The notes under the pieces: model-generated | Told to the model about the DNA's origin: nothing | Seen by the model: only the letters and a program-made list of their open reading frames with translations | Databases searched by the model: none | Part shown: one piece after another, positions 1 to 8,313 of the stretch | Layout of the letters: each line of letters opens with the position of its first letter | How positions within the stretch are numbered: the first letter of the stretch is position 1 | Position numbers and translations under genes: made by a program | IMG/VR virus record: IMGVR_UViG_3300021599_000885 | Reading direction: 5' to 3' (one strand) | DNA: 64,000 nucleotides | Source: a virus

Positions 1-532
1 CAATCAAAAGGTACATAAATTGTGGCGTTTCGTAAAGTGCCCCAGTGCTTCTATCCTGCACGAGGTACTTATCAACGACCTGACGTAGACCTGCATAAGT
101 GAACAGATAGTCACGCTGATGATCAATAAACGACTGAAGTTTATCAAAATCTTCTTCAGTGTAAAGATTGAGAATTTCTTCATCATATACACCCTTTTCA
201 ACGCAACGTTCTACATGTTGTTTCAGGTTCGGAATTTCGTGCATACGTCCATACAACTGCTTGCGAGTAGCAAACAGGAGCAGACGAGCAGCAACAAATT
301 GATAGTTGGGATGCTCCAGGTCAATCAGGTCAGAAGCAGAACGGATCAGAATCTCCTGAATTTCTGCAGTGGTAATGCCATCGTAAAATTGAATACCAGA
401 CTGCATTTCAACTTGCGATGCAGATACATTTGCTAGATCTTTACACGCTTCTTCCACCATAACGTGGAGTTTATTTAAGTCAAGAGGTTCAGTCTTACCG
501 TTTCTCTTGACAACTTTAGTTCCATTGCTCAT
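1..532 (-). CDS. nrdA: Ribonucleotide reductase class Ia alpha subunit, 5' part (runs off the window)
   Basis: Manual translation from ATG at 532: MSNGTKVVKRNGKTEPLDLNKLHVMVEEACKDL...SQVEMQSGIQFYDGITTAEIQEILIRSASDLI, an ATP-cone N-terminus. ATGA overlap with the primase stop. Missing from the ORF track because it is truncated. Confidence 0.93.
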   Translation of the reverse strand, partial: MSNGTKVVKRNGKTEPLDLNKLHVMVEEACKDLANVSASQVEMQSGIQFYDGITTAEIQEILIRSASDLIDLEHPNYQFVAARLLLFATRKQLYGRMHEIPNLKQHVERCVEKGVYDEEILNLYTEEDFDKLQSFIDHQRDYLFTYAGLRQVVDKYLVQDRSTGALYETPQFMYLLI

Positions 533-1500
533 ATTTTCTTCCAGTTGTTAAACTTAATTTTTGCTTCTAAACCTGAGTAGGTATTTGATTCTATCACATC
601 CATAACATTAAGTCCAGAGAGGACCATATCATTGATGTCCTTGTCTACGATTCCGCTTGGCCAGATGACGACGCTTTCGCCTCTTGATATGCATTTGCTA
701 ATGCGATTGACGATTTCTCGATTGCGGGGCTCATTATCATAAACAAAAACAATACTACTTCCTTCAAGACAACGAACATCACCATCACTACCACACAGAG
801 CCACACTATTGTTGACGAAAGTGCTGTCGAAGGGTCCTTCAACCACGTAGACTGGTAGTTTCTCATCGATTGTATTAAGTCCATAAATTTTCGGTGCCTC
901 CTCGTCAAGCATCACAGTGATATATTTAACAGAGTTAGGAACTAGACTTCTTCCCTGAAAACCAATAAGATCATTGTCTTTACCATACATTGGTATAATA
1001 ATACGACATTCATCACCACCTATGGTGTCGAATGTTTGTTTTTGGGAATTAGTCCACTCTTTGAATTTGTTAGCGAAGTAAAACTTTTCTGGGTTGAGTT
1101 TTCTTTTCTCCAAGTATTCTCTAGCAGTAGGAACTTCCGATGCCTTAGGAAGATCTAATCTCTTTTTGAAAGTTGGTTTACTAAACTCCAGTTTTGGTGC
1201 TTCTACAACAAATCCCTTACCAGTATGACCATCCCTAAACTTCTCAAGCGTATATTGCTTATGAAGCGTAGGGTCCAGTTCCTTAAGGAAGTTATTAAAA
1301 GACAGACTAGCACCACAATTATGACATTTAAAGTTGGTGTTATTCTTCACAGGATACAAATATCCCCTCGCCTTATTTTTATTACGTGAGGAGTCCCCAC
1401 AGATAGGACATCGGAAGTTGTATAGATCCGACTTTACCCTCTTAAATTTTTGAAGGCGTGACGAAACGAGTCCAATATACTTGGAGTCAACCAAATCCAT
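529..1500 (-). CDS. gp61: DNA primase (T4 gp61-like)
   Basis: Zn ribbon CPICGDS...CHNC; TOPRIM motifs VVEGPFDS and YDNEPRN...KDIND. Confidence 0.95.
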   Translation of the reverse strand: MDLVDSKYIGLVSSRLQKFKRVKSDLYNFRCPICGDSSRNKNKARGYLYPVKNNTNFKCHNCGASLSFNNFLKELDPTLHKQYTLEKFRDGHTGKGFVVEAPKLEFSKPTFKKRLDLPKASEVPTAREYLEKRKLNPEKFYFANKFKEWTNSQKQTFDTIGGDECRIIIPMYGKDNDLIGFQGRSLVPNSVKYITVMLDEEAPKIYGLNTIDEKLPVYVVEGPFDSTFVNNSVALCGSDGDVRCLEGSSIVFVYDNEPRNREIVNRISKCISRGESVVIWPSGIVDKDINDMVLSGLNVMDVIESNTYSGLEAKIKFNNWKKI

Positions 1501-1510
1501 TATGCGAATG

Positions 1511-1924
1511 CTATTTCTGCTGCTCTATTCTAACCCCTGCTTGAGCAGCAGTCAATAGTCTTGGAACAAATGCGTTTACAGTGCTTATGGCGATAACAGA
1601 AACAGCCAAAACACCACCAACCTGCCATCTAAATTTAGATAAACCTTTTATCTCTACTTGTATTCTATCAATTCTTTCGTGAATAATCTTATGATCTCTA
1701 TCACTTGCTTGTTTAACTTCATCAATCATCTTGATGAGTAGATCGTCTGTCTTTATACTTTGCTCTATTCTTTCGTCATGCTTAGCAAGAATTGCTGCGA
1801 TGCGTGAATTCCCTTCGGAAATCTTATCGACTGCCGACTCCAGTTTTGATAACATTTCGCGGGACAAGTCTTCATAGATATCGAGTTTAGATTCAAGAAC
1901 CGCAACTTTAGCTTGACTGAACAT
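1511..1924 (-). CDS. Coiled-coil protein with C-terminal transmembrane helix
   Basis: Heptad-rich body followed by hydrophobic WQVGGVLAVSVIAISTV. Confidence 0.7.
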   Translation of the reverse strand: MFSQAKVAVLESKLDIYEDLSREMLSKLESAVDKISEGNSRIAAILAKHDERIEQSIKTDDLLIKMIDEVKQASDRDHKIIHERIDRIQVEIKGLSKFRWQVGGVLAVSVIAISTVNAFVPRLLTAAQAGVRIEQQK

Positions 1925-2120
1925 TTTTCTTCTTTTTCTTTCTACTTGCTTTTACAAGACCTCTGAAAAAGATATTCCACCCTCTTTCTTTTTTACGTCT
2001 CAAGTCTACAGGAGGATCATCTCCTGCTTCAACAGTACCTGCAATACCACCAGCACCAACTGTCATTTCTTCGTCAAGTTTATACTGACGAACAATATCA
2101 ATAACTCTGTCGATATTCAT
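1908..2120 (-). CDS. Small hypothetical protein
   Basis: 70-aa ORF coupled to both neighbours; KLDE followed by a Gly-rich GAGGIAG segment and a basic tail. Confidence 0.7.
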   Translation of the reverse strand: MNIDRVIDIVRQYKLDEEMTVGAGGIAGTVEAGDDPPVDLRRKKERGWNIFFRGLVKASRKKKKKNVQSS

Positions 2121-2488
2121 AGTGCATTTAATTGTTCTAAACAGTTTACATCAGACTCAATATCATCAACTACGGTCTTTGGATATTCTGGAATTCTTTT
2201 TAAGAATATCAGAAAACTTTTAATAGATGGCCAAAGTTCCTCTTCTAAGTTATAGAATAAAAGAGGAACTGCCGCATCATTAAAGACATTAAACAGTATT
2301 ATAAGGTGGTTTAATATAAGATGAACTTTAAGTTCACCTGTATTCTTATATTTTTTTAATAAACGTTTTACATATCTAATCCGTTTCAGATCAGATTCAA
2401 AGTCATCCTTTGTAACTGCCTGCGGATTATCGTAGAATTTTATAGCAAAGAGCAAATAGTTGCTCTCATTCAATTCATCAAATCTCAT
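2117..2488 (-). CDS. Conserved T4-like phage hypothetical protein
   Basis: MRFDELNESNYLLFAIKFYDNP...LILNHLIILFNVF; recognised as a family found upstream of primase in T4-like cyanophages. Confidence 0.8.
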   Translation of the reverse strand: MRFDELNESNYLLFAIKFYDNPQAVTKDDFESDLKRIRYVKRLLKKYKNTGELKVHLILNHLIILFNVFNDAAVPLLFYNLEEELWPSIKSFLIFLKRIPEYPKTVVDDIESDVNCLEQLNAL

Positions 2489-2494
2489 ACTTTA

Positions 2495-3262
2495 TCAGGT
2501 ATCTGGATATTGTGCGTCATCGGCAGCATCAGTTGTAGTTAGAATTCCACCAGCAACTAATACTTCACTCTTAACTCTTAGATTTCCGTGAGTATCAATA
2601 TAAGTCATGATTCCAACCCAACCACTGTGAGCAACAGCGTATTTAGTAGTTGCGGCAACACCAACTTCAACACGATCTACACCGAATACATCTCTAAAAT
2701 ATCCATCAGTTTTTCTTCTGAAGGAAATTGTATCTCCAGTATTAATACCGACAGAAATAGTAGATGCTAAACTTACTGTGGTTTCTCCAATTGTTGAAAT
2801 AACAATATTATTTCCATTATTTACAATTGCATCACCAACAATAACATCCTTAGTTCCAACAACAACAGGGATAATATTAGTTCCAACTCCAGCATTAGTT
2901 GTAGCAGTTCCAGTTACCCCAAGATTTTGGAACGTAGCAGCAGAATCATTTCTATTATTAAAGCTACTATCACCTAAAGTATAAATTGGTTGTTCGTTAA
3001 CATTATATGCTACTGCAGGAATTGTAGTAATTCCAGAAATAAAGTTAGCAGTGCCTGCAATCGAAATCGTAGTTGAAGTAAATCCAGTGATAACTGCCTG
3101 ACCGTAAGTTCCACCAGTTCCAACAGTTATTACATCACCTGTCTTAATTCCTGCGGTTGTAAAGGTTACAACGCCAGTAGTACCGGTTACGGTATTGGTT
3201 CCAAGGTTGACGGCAATAGTCCCGTCTGAGTAAACCGAATCTTTATTGCCCCAAAGAGCCAT
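2495..3262 (-). CDS. Probable virion structural protein
   Basis: Thr/Gly/Val-rich beta-type composition, MALWG start, HSGWV...GNLRVKSEVLVA end, TATAAATA late promoter upstream. Confidence 0.65.
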   Translation of the reverse strand: MALWGNKDSVYSDGTIAVNLGTNTVTGTTGVVTFTTAGIKTGDVITVGTGGTYGQAVITGFTSTTISIAGTANFISGITTIPAVAYNVNEQPIYTLGDSSFNNRNDSAATFQNLGVTGTATTNAGVGTNIIPVVVGTKDVIVGDAIVNNGNNIVISTIGETTVSLASTISVGINTGDTISFRRKTDGYFRDVFGVDRVEVGVAATTKYAVAHSGWVGIMTYIDTHGNLRVKSEVLVAGGILTTTDAADDAQYPDT

Positions 3263-3292
3263 GTTTCCTTACCTATAAAATTCTTATATTGA

Positions 3293-3300
3293 TATTTATA
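3293..3300 (-). promoter_or_regulatory. T4-type late promoter TATAAATA
   Basis: tatttata on the + strand, about 30 nt upstream of the 3262 start. Confidence 0.75.
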
Positions 3301-3332
3301 AAAAAAGGAGACCTTTACTTCTTGGTCTCCTT
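3298..3332 (-). terminator. Rho-independent terminator
   Basis: AAGGAGACC/GGTCTCCTT stem followed by a T-run on the minus strand. Confidence 0.7.
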
Positions 3333-3479
3333 GCGTAAAACTATTTTTAAAAAGTGAGTAATAAGGTCGAGCAACCCATTCTCCTCAAATCTTTTTGTTT
3401 TTGCTAACCACTCGGAAGCAGTTAGTAGTAGACCTAAAGCAATGGTTACTCCCCAGTTAGTTAGAAAGCAGGTAATCAT
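3315..3479 (-). CDS. Small membrane protein (54 aa)
   Basis: Manual translation MITCFLTNWGVTIALGLLLTASEWLAKTKRFEENGLLDLITHFLKIVLRKETKK; ATGA overlap with the upstream ORF. Confidence 0.7.
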   Translation of the reverse strand: MITCFLTNWGVTIALGLLLTASEWLAKTKRFEENGLLDLITHFLKIVLRKETKK

Positions 3480-3655
3480 CCTTCAGCTTGTGGCTTGAAG
3501 AGAAGTTCCTTAACAGTAAGAAGAACCATGTCATCAATACTGTTGTCGGTGGATTTTACATACTTTTCAAGGAGTTCAATAACAAGATTCTTAACTGCTG
3601 GATGTGAAGCAAGTTGAAGCACGATTGGTTTTACAACCGCTACGACTGCACCCAT
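3476..3655 (-). CDS. Small hypothetical protein (59 aa)
   Basis: Manual translation MGAVVAVVKPIVLQLASHPAVKNLVIELLEKYVKSTDNSIDD...; GGAGG RBS and TAAATA upstream. Confidence 0.75.
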   Translation of the reverse strand: MGAVVAVVKPIVLQLASHPAVKNLVIELLEKYVKSTDNSIDDMVLLTVKELLFKPQAEG

Positions 3656-3693
3656 GGTGTCCTCCGTGTGAGAGTATCCTGGGATATTTAGTA

Positions 3694-5130
3694 TCAGACT
3701 CCTTTAAGATTGGATTTTGCTTTCAATTCTTTCATCATTGCATCATACTTTTTTTGAGCCTCAGGAGAAAGTTCAAGGTTCTCAGTTTTTTTTGGTTCCC
3801 CCCTTTCACCCCTACCATATCTACTATCATAACCCTCAGAGTTCATTTTAGCACTTGAAGAAGTCATAATCTTCATGACTTCTTTTCCATCAGTTGGAGC
3901 ATCGAGCATAATAGGATTCTTAATTCCCATTGCTCTAAACTTATTCTTAAGAAGTTCTCTGTAAGTTCTCTTCTCTTTACAATCACATGGATTTTCTCCA
4001 CAACATTCACACGCTTTACTATTCTCTTCTTTTACATTTTCAGGAAGACCCTTATGCTTGGTTTTAGCATACTTCTTTGCTTCCTTTTTAGTCATACCCT
4101 TTGCTGCAGCCTCAACCTCAGGCGATGCCTCACCTTTCTTCATCTCACCCTTTTTGCGTGCATAAACCATACCCATAAAGCGTTGCTGTGCTTTGCTCTT
4201 TGCCTTTTCAATAAGGAATGGTCCTTCCATCTCATTACCGGCACTAATAACTCCACCATTATTTTGTGGATTGGAACCATCATCTGGGAAGACTGTAATT
4301 CTCTTGGAATTATCAACCTTAACACCTACATCAATAGCGGCAGGAACTCTATTCTTACCATCGGTTGAAGTGGTTCCCTCAAACCAAAGATAATCTTCTT
4401 TGTTCATTGCTCTGCGGATTGCGTCACGACGATTATAGATGTAAGAATCCGTATTATCTTTCTTCCCATCATCATTTACATCACCATCTCTCTTGGAAGG
4501 ATGTACTGGTTTGTCTAAACCACTCTTGTTATTTGGAATATCTTTTTTCTTTTTCTTACGCTCACCTTCATATGGTTCACCATACTCAGTCATCTCAACT
4601 TTAAGACCCCTACCTCTCAAAGCAGTGATCTTTTCACGAGTAGCATATCTAACATAAGATTTACCGCTCTTAGGATCAGTAACTCTTATCTTATACTTTC
4701 TATCAGTTTCTTCAGCAAGTTGATTCTCATACTCAAGATTAATAACTTCCTCTTTCTGCACTCCCTCAACAAATACTCTGTACAGAGCACCAGCAACTGA
4801 GTCTACTGCCCAGTCTACACTATCCACAAAATGTGACTCAGTAACACCAACCTTCTTTCCAAATAGTTTATCCTTAACTGCTTTCCTCTCAGCAGGGTTC
4901 AATGAACTATTAGACATGTACTGAGAGAAGGCTTGTTTAAGATCGATGTCCTCTCTTCTGGCACGATAACGGATGTCATATACTGCCTGACGAATTCTTT
5001 TCTCAGAGTTTTCGGCAGTTGATCCGCCACCTTCTTTCTTCGCAGAAGGAGCAGCTTTCTTAGCACCATTAGCAGGAGCAGCAGGAGCGTGCTTTCTTGC
5101 TGGAAGTTCTTCAGAGATATTGGTTTTCAT
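3694..5130 (-). CDS. Modular Lys-rich hypothetical protein (putative polyprotein / internal head protein)
   Basis: 478 aa of short dissimilar modules, including KAKSKAQQRFMGMV, an EF-hand-like DGDVNDDGKKDNTD and CECCGENPCDC; late promoter at about 5161-5170. Confidence 0.75.
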   Translation of the reverse strand: MKTNISEELPARKHAPAAPANGAKKAAPSAKKEGGGSTAENSEKRIRQAVYDIRYRARREDIDLKQAFSQYMSNSSLNPAERKAVKDKLFGKKVGVTESHFVDSVDWAVDSVAGALYRVFVEGVQKEEVINLEYENQLAEETDRKYKIRVTDPKSGKSYVRYATREKITALRGRGLKVEMTEYGEPYEGERKKKKKDIPNNKSGLDKPVHPSKRDGDVNDDGKKDNTDSYIYNRRDAIRRAMNKEDYLWFEGTTSTDGKNRVPAAIDVGVKVDNSKRITVFPDDGSNPQNNGGVISAGNEMEGPFLIEKAKSKAQQRFMGMVYARKKGEMKKGEASPEVEAAAKGMTKKEAKKYAKTKHKGLPENVKEENSKACECCGENPCDCKEKRTYRELLKNKFRAMGIKNPIMLDAPTDGKEVMKIMTSSSAKMNSEGYDSRYGRGERGEPKKTENLELSPEAQKKYDAMMKELKAKSNLKGV

Positions 5131-5147
5131 TGGAAGATGTTACAGAC

Positions 5148-6392
5148 TTACTTTTTCCTATATTTATTTATGAATTGTAGACCCCAACTAGAACCGGGGA
5201 CCATTGATTCAACATATCTGCGATGGGAATCAGTTCCAACTAGACGTTGATCGGCAGGAACTCCACCTTGTTCAGTTCCATTTACAACCGCCTCATTCAC
5301 ATCTTTGATCCAGGACTTGAACATAATATTGTCTTCGGTAACACAAATAAGATAGTTAGTTCCACGACGAATAATACGTCCAACAAGTCCAGTGTTTAGA
5401 TTTTCTACAAGTTCACCAATCTTGAAAATCGTCTTAGCAACATAGTTCTCACGTAAAGTCTGATAATCAAACTTTGGAGCCATCTCCCAGATTCCCCACT
5501 CTTCATTAATACCCATAGAGCGGCGAACTGTATTGAAAATTTCTTTTGCCTTTTCTGGTTTCATATCTCCAGGCATACCAGAGCGAAATGTCTTAAAGTC
5601 ATTTTCTGCGGCAGCAAGTCTCATTCTTGAGGCAGAAAGACCTTCCACACCTTCGGAGTCTGGATCTCTATCTCCAGCGGAAACAACTTCTAGTTTATCG
5701 AACTGATATAGTTTACCATTATAACTTCCAGAAAGTTTTTCAAATTCTTTAACTCTATCAGCACCACCAACTATTCTTACATTAGCATAACCGTCGTTAT
5801 GTGCTTTCTTAAGAACATCGAAGATGGTTTTAGTTGCCGCATCGTTAGCAATATTCTTTTTATGTTGTGGGAACATATCCATCATCACTTTTACTTTAGT
5901 ATCAGCATCAAGTGGATTCTTCTTTGGATCTTGACTGCGTGATGGAACAATAAGATAGTCCCCACCATCACTCTTAGCAGAACCAGCAGCAGTATCCATT
6001 AACTGCAAGTGACCAAGATGAGGTGGATTGAAACGACCAAAAGCAATGGTCAAAGTTCCTTTTGTTTTTTTAACAGGTTCAAACTTTGGACCATCATCCT
6101 TCTGCTCCCCACCCTTTTCTGCTTTTGGTTGGGGAGCTTCCTTCTGCTGCTGTAGTGCAGGATCTACAAAGTTTGGATTGGAATATTTCTTTTCAGTTTC
6201 AGTCTGTTCTGGATCTTTTCCGCCAACTTTTTGGCGCTTATTATAAAAGACTAGTTTTCCTTTTTCAGTCTTTGCTACAAACTCACCACTGTTGCGATCA
6301 TACCAACCACCGTGACCATCACCCTTAAGACCCATTCTTGCTGCTTGTTGTGCAGCAGATTCGGATAAGAACTGGAAGAAATTTTTCATCAC
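5148..6392 (-). CDS. Cytidylyltransferase-like (HxGH nucleotidyltransferase) protein
   Basis: FGRFNPPHLGH (HxGH), KNPL, VGGADRV and SASRMR motifs. Confidence 0.88.
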   Translation of the reverse strand: MMKNFFQFLSESAAQQAARMGLKGDGHGGWYDRNSGEFVAKTEKGKLVFYNKRQKVGGKDPEQTETEKKYSNPNFVDPALQQQKEAPQPKAEKGGEQKDDGPKFEPVKKTKGTLTIAFGRFNPPHLGHLQLMDTAAGSAKSDGGDYLIVPSRSQDPKKNPLDADTKVKVMMDMFPQHKKNIANDAATKTIFDVLKKAHNDGYANVRIVGGADRVKEFEKLSGSYNGKLYQFDKLEVVSAGDRDPDSEGVEGLSASRMRLAAAENDFKTFRSGMPGDMKPEKAKEIFNTVRRSMGINEEWGIWEMAPKFDYQTLRENYVAKTIFKIGELVENLNTGLVGRIIRRGTNYLICVTEDNIMFKSWIKDVNEAVVNGTEQGGVPADQRLVGTDSHRRYVESMVPGSSWGLQFINKYRKK

Positions 6393-6601
6393 TTTTTATT
6401 TTGCAACTCCTTGGTTACCGCCACTTCGTTAGTAACGATATACCTTAAAATTTGTTTTCGTATCAATATATATTTATTCTTTTGTTTATTATTGGTAGCA
6501 GAGTCAATTTCACGCTGAAGTGTTGTATACACATATCCAGCAAAATTCTTAAAGTCTTTACTTCTAAAGTCGCTAATCAATTGTTTTAGATACTCAGACA
6601 T
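6389..6601 (-). CDS. Hypothetical protein (about 70 aa)
   Basis: Likely start MSEYLKQL at 6601, overlapping the upstream stop; the longer start in the ORF track overlaps the next gene. Confidence 0.6.
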   Translation of the reverse strand: MSEYLKQLISDFRSKDFKNFAGYVYTTLQREIDSATNNKQKNKYILIRKQILRYIVTNEVAVTKELQNKK

Positions 6602-7523
6602 ACTGCTTGATAGACCTACCACCCTTTGCGCTGATGACCATTCTAGCACCTTTAACACCATAGTTGTCTCTATCTCCCTTATAAATCGCCATAAAAACTG
6701 GTTCATAATTTCCAGTGATAGCATCACCATTATTATGAGTTTGTGATGAAGCAATCAACTTATACTTTCCAGTGGTTACCATTTGTATATTTACAGTTCC
6801 CTGAAGGAGAAGGTCAACATTCTGTATACTCGAAGGACCGCCATATCCATTACCATATACAGACATCATTTTCAATCTTGTATCTTTAATCTGTCTAGCA
6901 ACAGTTGTGGCTGGTGGAATACCATTAGGATACATTTCTCGTATTGTCGCAACAAATGCCTGAGTTTCTGGGTGAGAAGCAAGAACTGGTTCACCTCTTA
7001 CAGTAATACCTCCCCACTGCTGAATAGCAGTTGCCGATAATCCATCCTTATGTGATACAAAACCAACCATTCTACCCTGGTCATCTCTAAAATGAAAGTC
7101 TGACTTCGGTGTTCCTGGTGTGCTTTCTACAGCAACAACTCTATAATAGTTTTTGCCTATCTTTAAAGTAACAATATCACTACCATTTTTCTGCTTTATT
7201 TCCTCAAGTTTTCTTCTGATAAGTCTAACCTGCTCATCCTCTGCAGCAGTAGTATTTTGAGTTCTTCCAGAAAAAGTAGAGTCTTTATATAACTGGGTTA
7301 GTCTAATTAAACTGTTCGTTACTGTTGGTAAGACAATACTTTGACCCTGCTGATATTGTGCTAGATCATCTACACTGTTTAAAGTCTTAGCAACTCTTGG
7401 ATCTATCTTTACTTTTAAACCATTTCCCTCAACAAGAGTAAAATCACCTCTACTAGCAATTCTAGTCTTAAAAAGAGAAAAGTTGTTTCTTTTTTTTAGT
7501 TCTGCAGGTGATAATGAAGCCAT
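6594..7523 (-). CDS. Hypothetical protein, possible PD-(D/E)xK-like nuclease fold
   Basis: EDE...TPKSDFHF...VSHKDG...QQWGG pattern resembles a restriction-type catalytic core; TAAATA upstream. Confidence 0.55.
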   Translation of the reverse strand: MASLSPAELKKRNNFSLFKTRIASRGDFTLVEGNGLKVKIDPRVAKTLNSVDDLAQYQQGQSIVLPTVTNSLIRLTQLYKDSTFSGRTQNTTAAEDEQVRLIRRKLEEIKQKNGSDIVTLKIGKNYYRVVAVESTPGTPKSDFHFRDDQGRMVGFVSHKDGLSATAIQQWGGITVRGEPVLASHPETQAFVATIREMYPNGIPPATTVARQIKDTRLKMMSVYGNGYGGPSSIQNVDLLLQGTVNIQMVTTGKYKLIASSQTHNNGDAITGNYEPVFMAIYKGDRDNYGVKGARMVISAKGGRSIKQYV

Positions 7524-7543
7524 TACCTTTTTGAACTATTTAG

Positions 7544-7625
7544 TGCTCGTGAGAGGACTTGAACCTCCACAGATTACTCTACTGGAACCTAAACCCAGCG
7601 CGTCTACCAATTCCGCCACACGAGC
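7544..7625 (-). tRNA. tRNA-Leu(TAG)
   Basis: GCTCGTG acceptor stem, D-arm GGCGGAATTGGTAGACGC, anticodon loop TT-TAG-GT, long variable arm, GTTCAAGTC T-loop; no encoded CCA. Confidence 0.95.
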
Positions 7626-7627
7626 AA

Positions 7628-7701
7628 TGGAGAATAGCGGACTCGAACCGCTGACATCCTGCTTGCAAAGCAGGCGCTCTACCAGACTGAGCTAATTCCC
7701 C
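7628..7701 (-). tRNA. tRNA-Ala(TGC)
   Basis: GGGGAATTAGCTCAGTCTGGTAGAGCG...TT-TGC-AA...GGTTCGAGTCC; G3:U70 alanine identity pair. Confidence 0.96.
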
Positions 7702-7729
7702 AAGGGACCCTTTCGGGTCGTTTGCTGGT

Positions 7730-7900
7730 TTATTCTACCACAGCACCAATAGCATCGTCAAGGTCAGCAATGACCTCACGAATCTCAAAGACACGCTCTG
7801 GGCAAGAAGCATCAGTAGAGTATCCTTTTTGAGAATCAAAGAGAACTTGACGGACTGCTGCTGCAGCACGAACATTCATTTCAACTTTTACATTTTTCAT
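7730..7900 (-). CDS. Small hypothetical protein (56 aa)
   Basis: Manual translation MKNVKVEMNVRAAAAVRQVLFDSQKGYS...PERVFEIREVIADLD; ATGA overlap with the mazG stop. Confidence 0.7.
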   Translation of the reverse strand: MKNVKVEMNVRAAAAVRQVLFDSQKGYSTDASCPERVFEIREVIADLDDAIGAVVE

Positions 7901-8313
7901 CGGTCGTCAGAAGCACGGTTTTCGGAGAAGTAAACATCAAAAGCACCTTCAGGATAACGCTTAAGAAGTTTCTGCACATTACGAGCAACAACATCATCAA
8001 GAGAAACACCTAGAGCCATACATGCCTGAGCAACATACCACATGATATCGCCCAACTCAATAATCAGGTGCTCACGGTTGTCCTCATTATAAGGTTTACC
8101 TTGAAATACCATTTTCTTGACGATTTCCATAAACTCACCGCCTTCGGCATTGATACCAACGGCAGCAGTCAGGAGACGCTCAATGTTTGCACCCTTCTCA
8201 TCAAGTGCAACTAGGCGGTCAGAGAGAGCAAGAAAGTCCTTAGATGCATCAGAAGTTACAGCATCTACAAACTCAGCATACTTATCAAAATCAACGTGTT
8301 TTGCAGTTTCCAT
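7897..8313 (-). CDS. mazG: MazG-like NTP pyrophosphohydrolase
   Basis: AEGGEFMEIVKK...IELGDIMWY...KLLKRYP. Confidence 0.93.
   Translation of the reverse strand: METAKHVDFDKYAEFVDAVTSDASKDFLALSDRLVALDEKGANIERLLTAAVGINAEGGEFMEIVKKMVFQGKPYNEDNREHLIIELGDIMWYVAQACMALGVSLDDVVARNVQKLLKRYPEGAFDVYFSENRASDDR

Noticed and set aside
7483-7695. 70-aa plus-strand ORF
   Set aside because: It is the reverse complement of the two tRNA genes.
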